A stretch of DNA of 64,000 nt from Octopus bimaculoides (Eukaryota), in contig NC_068984.1 of the NCBI RefSeq assembly GCF_001194135.2, positions 43,052,185-43,116,184 on the forward strand, written 5' to 3'. The position numbers and the translations under genes were made by a program. Under the pieces are notes generated by a model. The model was not told the origin of the DNA, did no database searches, and was given only the letters and a program-made list of their open reading frames with translations. Every line of letters begins with the position of its first letter. Position 1 is the first letter of the stretch. Shown here piece after piece: positions 61,901 through 64,000 of the stretch.

Positions 61901-62612
61901 CCTCACTTGCAACTTGAGTTAGAACCCAGAGCTTAGAAATTTAGTACTAGAGTCAATTTTCCACACTCACGGAAGGGATTGAACTTAGAATTGTGAACAA
62001 TAAGGGACTTACCAAATTTATAGCTCTTCTTACTCTCTCATACTTATTTACAGCCTAGTAAATCAAATCTTTCAAGAGCTAAATTTCTTTGTTACAGACA
62101 CAATACAAGCTAAAAGCACCCAATACATATGTAAGGTGATTATAGAGTTAGGAAGGGTATCCGGGTGTAGAAATCATACTAAAGCTGACACTAGTGCCTT
62201 GTAGCGAGATGTATCTTGTCAAACTGTCTAACCTATACCAGTGTGGAAAATGGATGTTAAATGAAGATGATGGCAGAATCTGAACCATTTAAATGATTCA
62301 GATTCTGTCATCATCCCATCAAATATCTTATCCAATCAGCTGTCTTATCAATAACATTCATGAAAGAAAATATTTAAAGAATTAAGAAAACTATTTTTTA
62401 AAATTTTGCTTAAGCTTTGATTTTTTTTCTCTATCTTGCTTAAGCTTCATCAATTTTTTTATTATCATTTAAATATAATTATTTTTCTCTTTTGTTATTT
62501 TATTATGTAGCTTTGTGATAGCAAGGAGGATGCTATTGATAGTGACCATGTTAATATGGAAATAGTTCATCCCACAACATCTGGTCAGTATTTTCACCTG
62601 CTCCGCAGACAG
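24471..62612 (+). CDS. DHTKD1: 2-oxoadipate dehydrogenase E1 (DHTKD1), spliced, 3'-partial. join(24471..24600,36455..36566,37059..37236,39571..39678,41231..41342,41934..42031,43165..43228,44988..45061,46422..46562,47554..47669,48832..48907,51465..51656,52940..53041,54904..55035,56522..56642,57513..57652,59138..59294,60867..60967,62511..>62612)
   Basis: 19 exons with GT-AG boundaries and matching phases join into one open frame of 752 codons. Motifs: [37 protein letters not shown], ThDP motif HGDASF...[69 protein letters not shown] and DVLSHL are the DHTKD1-type forms (OGDH has KRFGLEG and DVKYHLG). No C-terminal exon found before 64000. Confidence 0.96.
28215..28285 (+). mobile_element. Possible hAT (Buster/Charlie) transposase scrap
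   Basis: [16 protein letters not shown] resembles YLADIFxKLNELNLSLQG; very short. Confidence 0.35.
29230..29518 (+). mobile_element. RTE-tail SINE-like repeat ending in (GAT)n; rearranged part at 28888-29018
   Basis: gtggttggcgttaggaagggcatccagctgtagaaactctgcc...catggaaagcggacgttaaacgatgatgatg. Weaker same-strand copies at ~30255-30415, 37330-37505, 55600-55775, 62120-62270. Confidence 0.8.
31858..32262 (+). mobile_element. tRNA-derived SINE (second family) with a central TA/TG microsatellite
   Basis: ccaaccacatggttccgggttcagtcccactgcgtggcaccttgggcaag...gactgaaacaagtaaaagagtaaaagag; near-identical copy at 46588-46951. Confidence 0.8.
34045..34560 (-). mobile_element. RTE-tail SINE-like repeat, reverse orientation
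   Basis: (CAT)n-gtttaacgtccgctttccatgctagcatgggttggacg...; reverse complement of the 29.3-kb copy. Confidence 0.8.
35545..35870 (-). mobile_element. Mariner transposase C-terminal relic
   Basis: Minus strand: HQDNAQPH...[11 protein letters not shown] (shifted HPPYSPD region)...[28 protein letters not shown]. Confidence 0.75.
36455..36566 (+). CDS. DHTKD1: DHTKD1 coding exon 2
   Basis: ttcag| (E)[36 protein letters not shown](Q) |gtaagt. Confidence 0.9.
37059..37236 (+). CDS. DHTKD1: DHTKD1 coding exon 3
   Basis: ttacag| [12 protein letters not shown]...[17 protein letters not shown] |gtaaga. Confidence 0.92.
38020..38625 (+). mobile_element. Internally deleted mariner relic with 3' TIR-like end
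   Basis: [14 protein letters not shown]...[15 protein letters not shown]...HNDSAPCH...[24 protein letters not shown]...LKGHHF...FQKWQERW...YFEGD; ends ggaactttttgataccacctcaTA. Confidence 0.85.
39571..39678 (+). CDS. DHTKD1: DHTKD1 coding exon 4
   Basis: tcatag| [36 protein letters not shown] |gtattg. Confidence 0.92.
40150..40700 (-). mobile_element. RTE-tail SINE-like repeat, reverse orientation (further copies at 42345-42620 and 54082-54230)
   Basis: Same (CAT)n-gtttaacgtccgctttccatgctagc... body as the 34045 copy. Confidence 0.8.
41231..41342 (+). CDS. DHTKD1: DHTKD1 coding exon 5
   Basis: tatcag| [37 protein letters not shown] |gtaagt. Confidence 0.95.
41934..42031 (+). CDS. DHTKD1: DHTKD1 coding exon 6
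   Basis: tttcag| (Y)[32 protein letters not shown] |gtatgt. Confidence 0.95.
43165..43228 (+). CDS. DHTKD1: DHTKD1 coding exon 7
   Basis: ttatag| [21 protein letters not shown] |gtaagt. Confidence 0.94.
44988..45061 (+). CDS. DHTKD1: DHTKD1 coding exon 8
   Basis: tttcag| (Y)[24 protein letters not shown] |gtaagt. Confidence 0.94.
46422..46562 (+). CDS. DHTKD1: DHTKD1 coding exon 9
   Basis: taacag| [23 protein letters not shown]...[14 protein letters not shown] |gtactt. Confidence 0.95.
46588..46951 (+). mobile_element. tRNA-derived SINE ~25 nt downstream of the exon 9 donor, followed by (CA)n
   Basis: Matches the 31858-32262 copy. Confidence 0.8.
47554..47669 (+). CDS. DHTKD1: DHTKD1 coding exon 10
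   Basis: tttcag| [38 protein letters not shown](R) |gtgagt. Confidence 0.95.
48832..48907 (+). CDS. DHTKD1: DHTKD1 coding exon 11
   Basis: ttccag| [25 protein letters not shown] |gtatgt. Confidence 0.95.
49530..49960 (-). mobile_element. RTE-clade LINE AP-endonuclease 5' fragment
   Basis: [38 protein letters not shown], then [10 protein letters not shown]...[14 protein letters not shown] after frameshifts. Confidence 0.85.
51465..51656 (+). CDS. DHTKD1: DHTKD1 coding exon 12
   Basis: tgccag| [47 protein letters not shown]...AQQLT |gtaaaa. Confidence 0.95.
52940..53041 (+). CDS. DHTKD1: DHTKD1 coding exon 13
   Basis: aatcag| [34 protein letters not shown] |gtaaac; phase 0/0 fills the gap between exons 12 and 14. 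Confidence 0.88.
53092..53300. mobile_element. 209-bp Tc1/mariner-type MITE
   Basis: Perfect 25-bp TIRs CAGGGTGTCCACAAAGTCTGGGTAC (53092-53116 / 53276-53300), TA on both sides, internal ~65-bp direct duplication. Confidence 0.92.
54904..55035 (+). CDS. DHTKD1: DHTKD1 coding exon 14
   Basis: atacag| [44 protein letters not shown] |gtaagt. Confidence 0.92.
56522..56642 (+). CDS. DHTKD1: DHTKD1 coding exon 15
   Basis: tttcag| [40 protein letters not shown] |gtattc. Confidence 0.95.
57513..57652 (+). CDS. DHTKD1: DHTKD1 coding exon 16
   Basis: ctgtag| (G)[46 protein letters not shown] |gtaggt. Confidence 0.95.
59138..59294 (+). CDS. DHTKD1: DHTKD1 coding exon 17
   Basis: ttaaag| [52 protein letters not shown] |gtaagt. 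Confidence 0.95.
60867..60967 (+). CDS. DHTKD1: DHTKD1 coding exon 18
   Basis: cttcag| (T)[33 protein letters not shown] |gtaaaa. Confidence 0.95.
62511..62612 (+). CDS. DHTKD1: DHTKD1 coding exon 19
   Basis: atgtag| [34 protein letters not shown] |gtaagt. Confidence 0.95.
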
Positions 62613-64000
62613 GTAAGTTTATTAAGATTATGAGGTTATAGACATGTTTAACAGTGCCATATCATCAATAAGATATTTCTATAGATACTCACACTGGCTT
62701 ATTAAAGCAACAGAATACCCTCTAGTGTGGCAAAATCTATTTTAGTCCAAAGTGGCGACAGTGATTCCACTTTGGTCTCATATCAGTTGTTTGTTTATTA
62801 GGAAAGTTTGGTTATAATTTTAAGTGATATTCTGATAAATCAACAACTGACATTAAACTGAATATGACTGTAATCTGAGAAATCATTAGGTTTCATATCT
62901 ATCCTGATTGTTATTATTGTTTTGGGTAATCCCAAATTTCTTTCAATTGATGTTTTGCCTATGGCCATCTAATTTTTACTGTAAGGTAGCTTGTTTCAAG
63001 ATTTAAGACTATATGCTTTTGTAACAGTTTCTTTGAAGGGAACAGGAATAGATGAAAAAATTCTATTGTCGATAATTGAAATCTTAAAACTAGTTGGTCA
63101 AACTTGTGAAAAAAAAATTCTATTGATAATTGAAATCTTAACTCTTATAGTCAGACATATAAAAAAAAAAATCTTCGTTTACGTGTGTTGGATTAATTAA
63201 TATTTTGAAAAAGGCTGTATGATTCATAGAGAGTGACCTCCCTTGAACTTTCAGATTTCATTTTACTTTGTAAAAAAAAAAAAAAAGAAATATAGTAAGA
63301 AATTGACAGATTTCAGCCAATGGATCTATATACATAATATACATATTTCAAAACATTTATTTTATTTCTTATAAATTTTAAGCTCAGCGTTCAAGACTAT
63401 TATCATCACTTCTCTGTAGTGTTTTGATTGTTAAAGGCACAAAATTTATTGGATTTCTTTTTGTTAGTTAGCTGCAATTATCAATAAGGATGGTCAAATT
63501 CATTAATCCTGACGCTTTTCAGTGCTTTCCAAAACTTTAAACTTTTCTTCTATTTTTAGTAAAAAAAAACCTTAAAATCTGCTCATTTTGTTTCTTTACA
63601 TCACATGCAATTGATTTGACTAATTCTGTTATAAATTCCTCCTTTTGAAGCATACATAATGGTTTATGTTTATTAGCACTAGCATCATCATGTGCACCTC
63701 TGTTATCCATTGGATAACATTTGAAGGGCTAAAATCCAATTAAATATTAGAAATTAGCAAGACTTAATCACTGATATAATAATATTCTGCTCAATACCAC
63801 AGATTTTCTTGTCAGTTGTTTGACCTTAACCCTGTTCAGCATGTCTCTTAGTGGCTAACGACATGTGCATCTCTGAGAACGAGCAGAAGTAGTTGGGGAG
63901 CATCATAGCCATGTGTTGAGAGGAATTCTTTGGAGTTTGAATAATTCACCTTTGGAAACATGGGTGTTTCCTTCAACATCCTTAAACAACTCTTATTCAG

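Noticed and set aside
1-64000. CRISPR arrays, operons or other prokaryotic systems
   Set aside because: The window is eukaryotic; no regularly spaced repeat-spacer array is present, and the IS1595-like protein is a eukaryotic Merlin relic.

Overview
AT-rich, repeat-dense animal genomic DNA with several N gaps. The SINE and RTE-tail repeat families point to an octopod cephalopod (inference from recalled repeat sequences). Most ORFs in the supplied track are spurious. From 24.5 kb to the window end lies a spliced + strand DHTKD1 gene (mitochondrial 2-oxoadipate dehydrogenase E1). I reconstructed 19 coding exons by hand; all have GT-AG introns and consistent phase, giving 2256 nt = 752 codons, and the gene continues past the window. 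The first 23 kb is a transposon graveyard: a Merlin/IS1595 transposase relic, a Penelope-type hammerhead ribozyme motif, CR1/L2-like, Tx1-like and Ty3/gypsy relics, a foldback MITE with a telomeric palindrome, a TSD-bounded ORF1-only retroelement nested in a SINE, and a non-coding two-LTR element with a tRNA-Trp primer site. The DHTKD1 introns hold SINEs in both orientations, two mariner relics, an RTE endonuclease relic and small MITEs. I see no clearly new multi-gene system. The best leads are the ORF1-only element, the hammerhead, the non-coding LTR element and unusual DHTKD1 residues.
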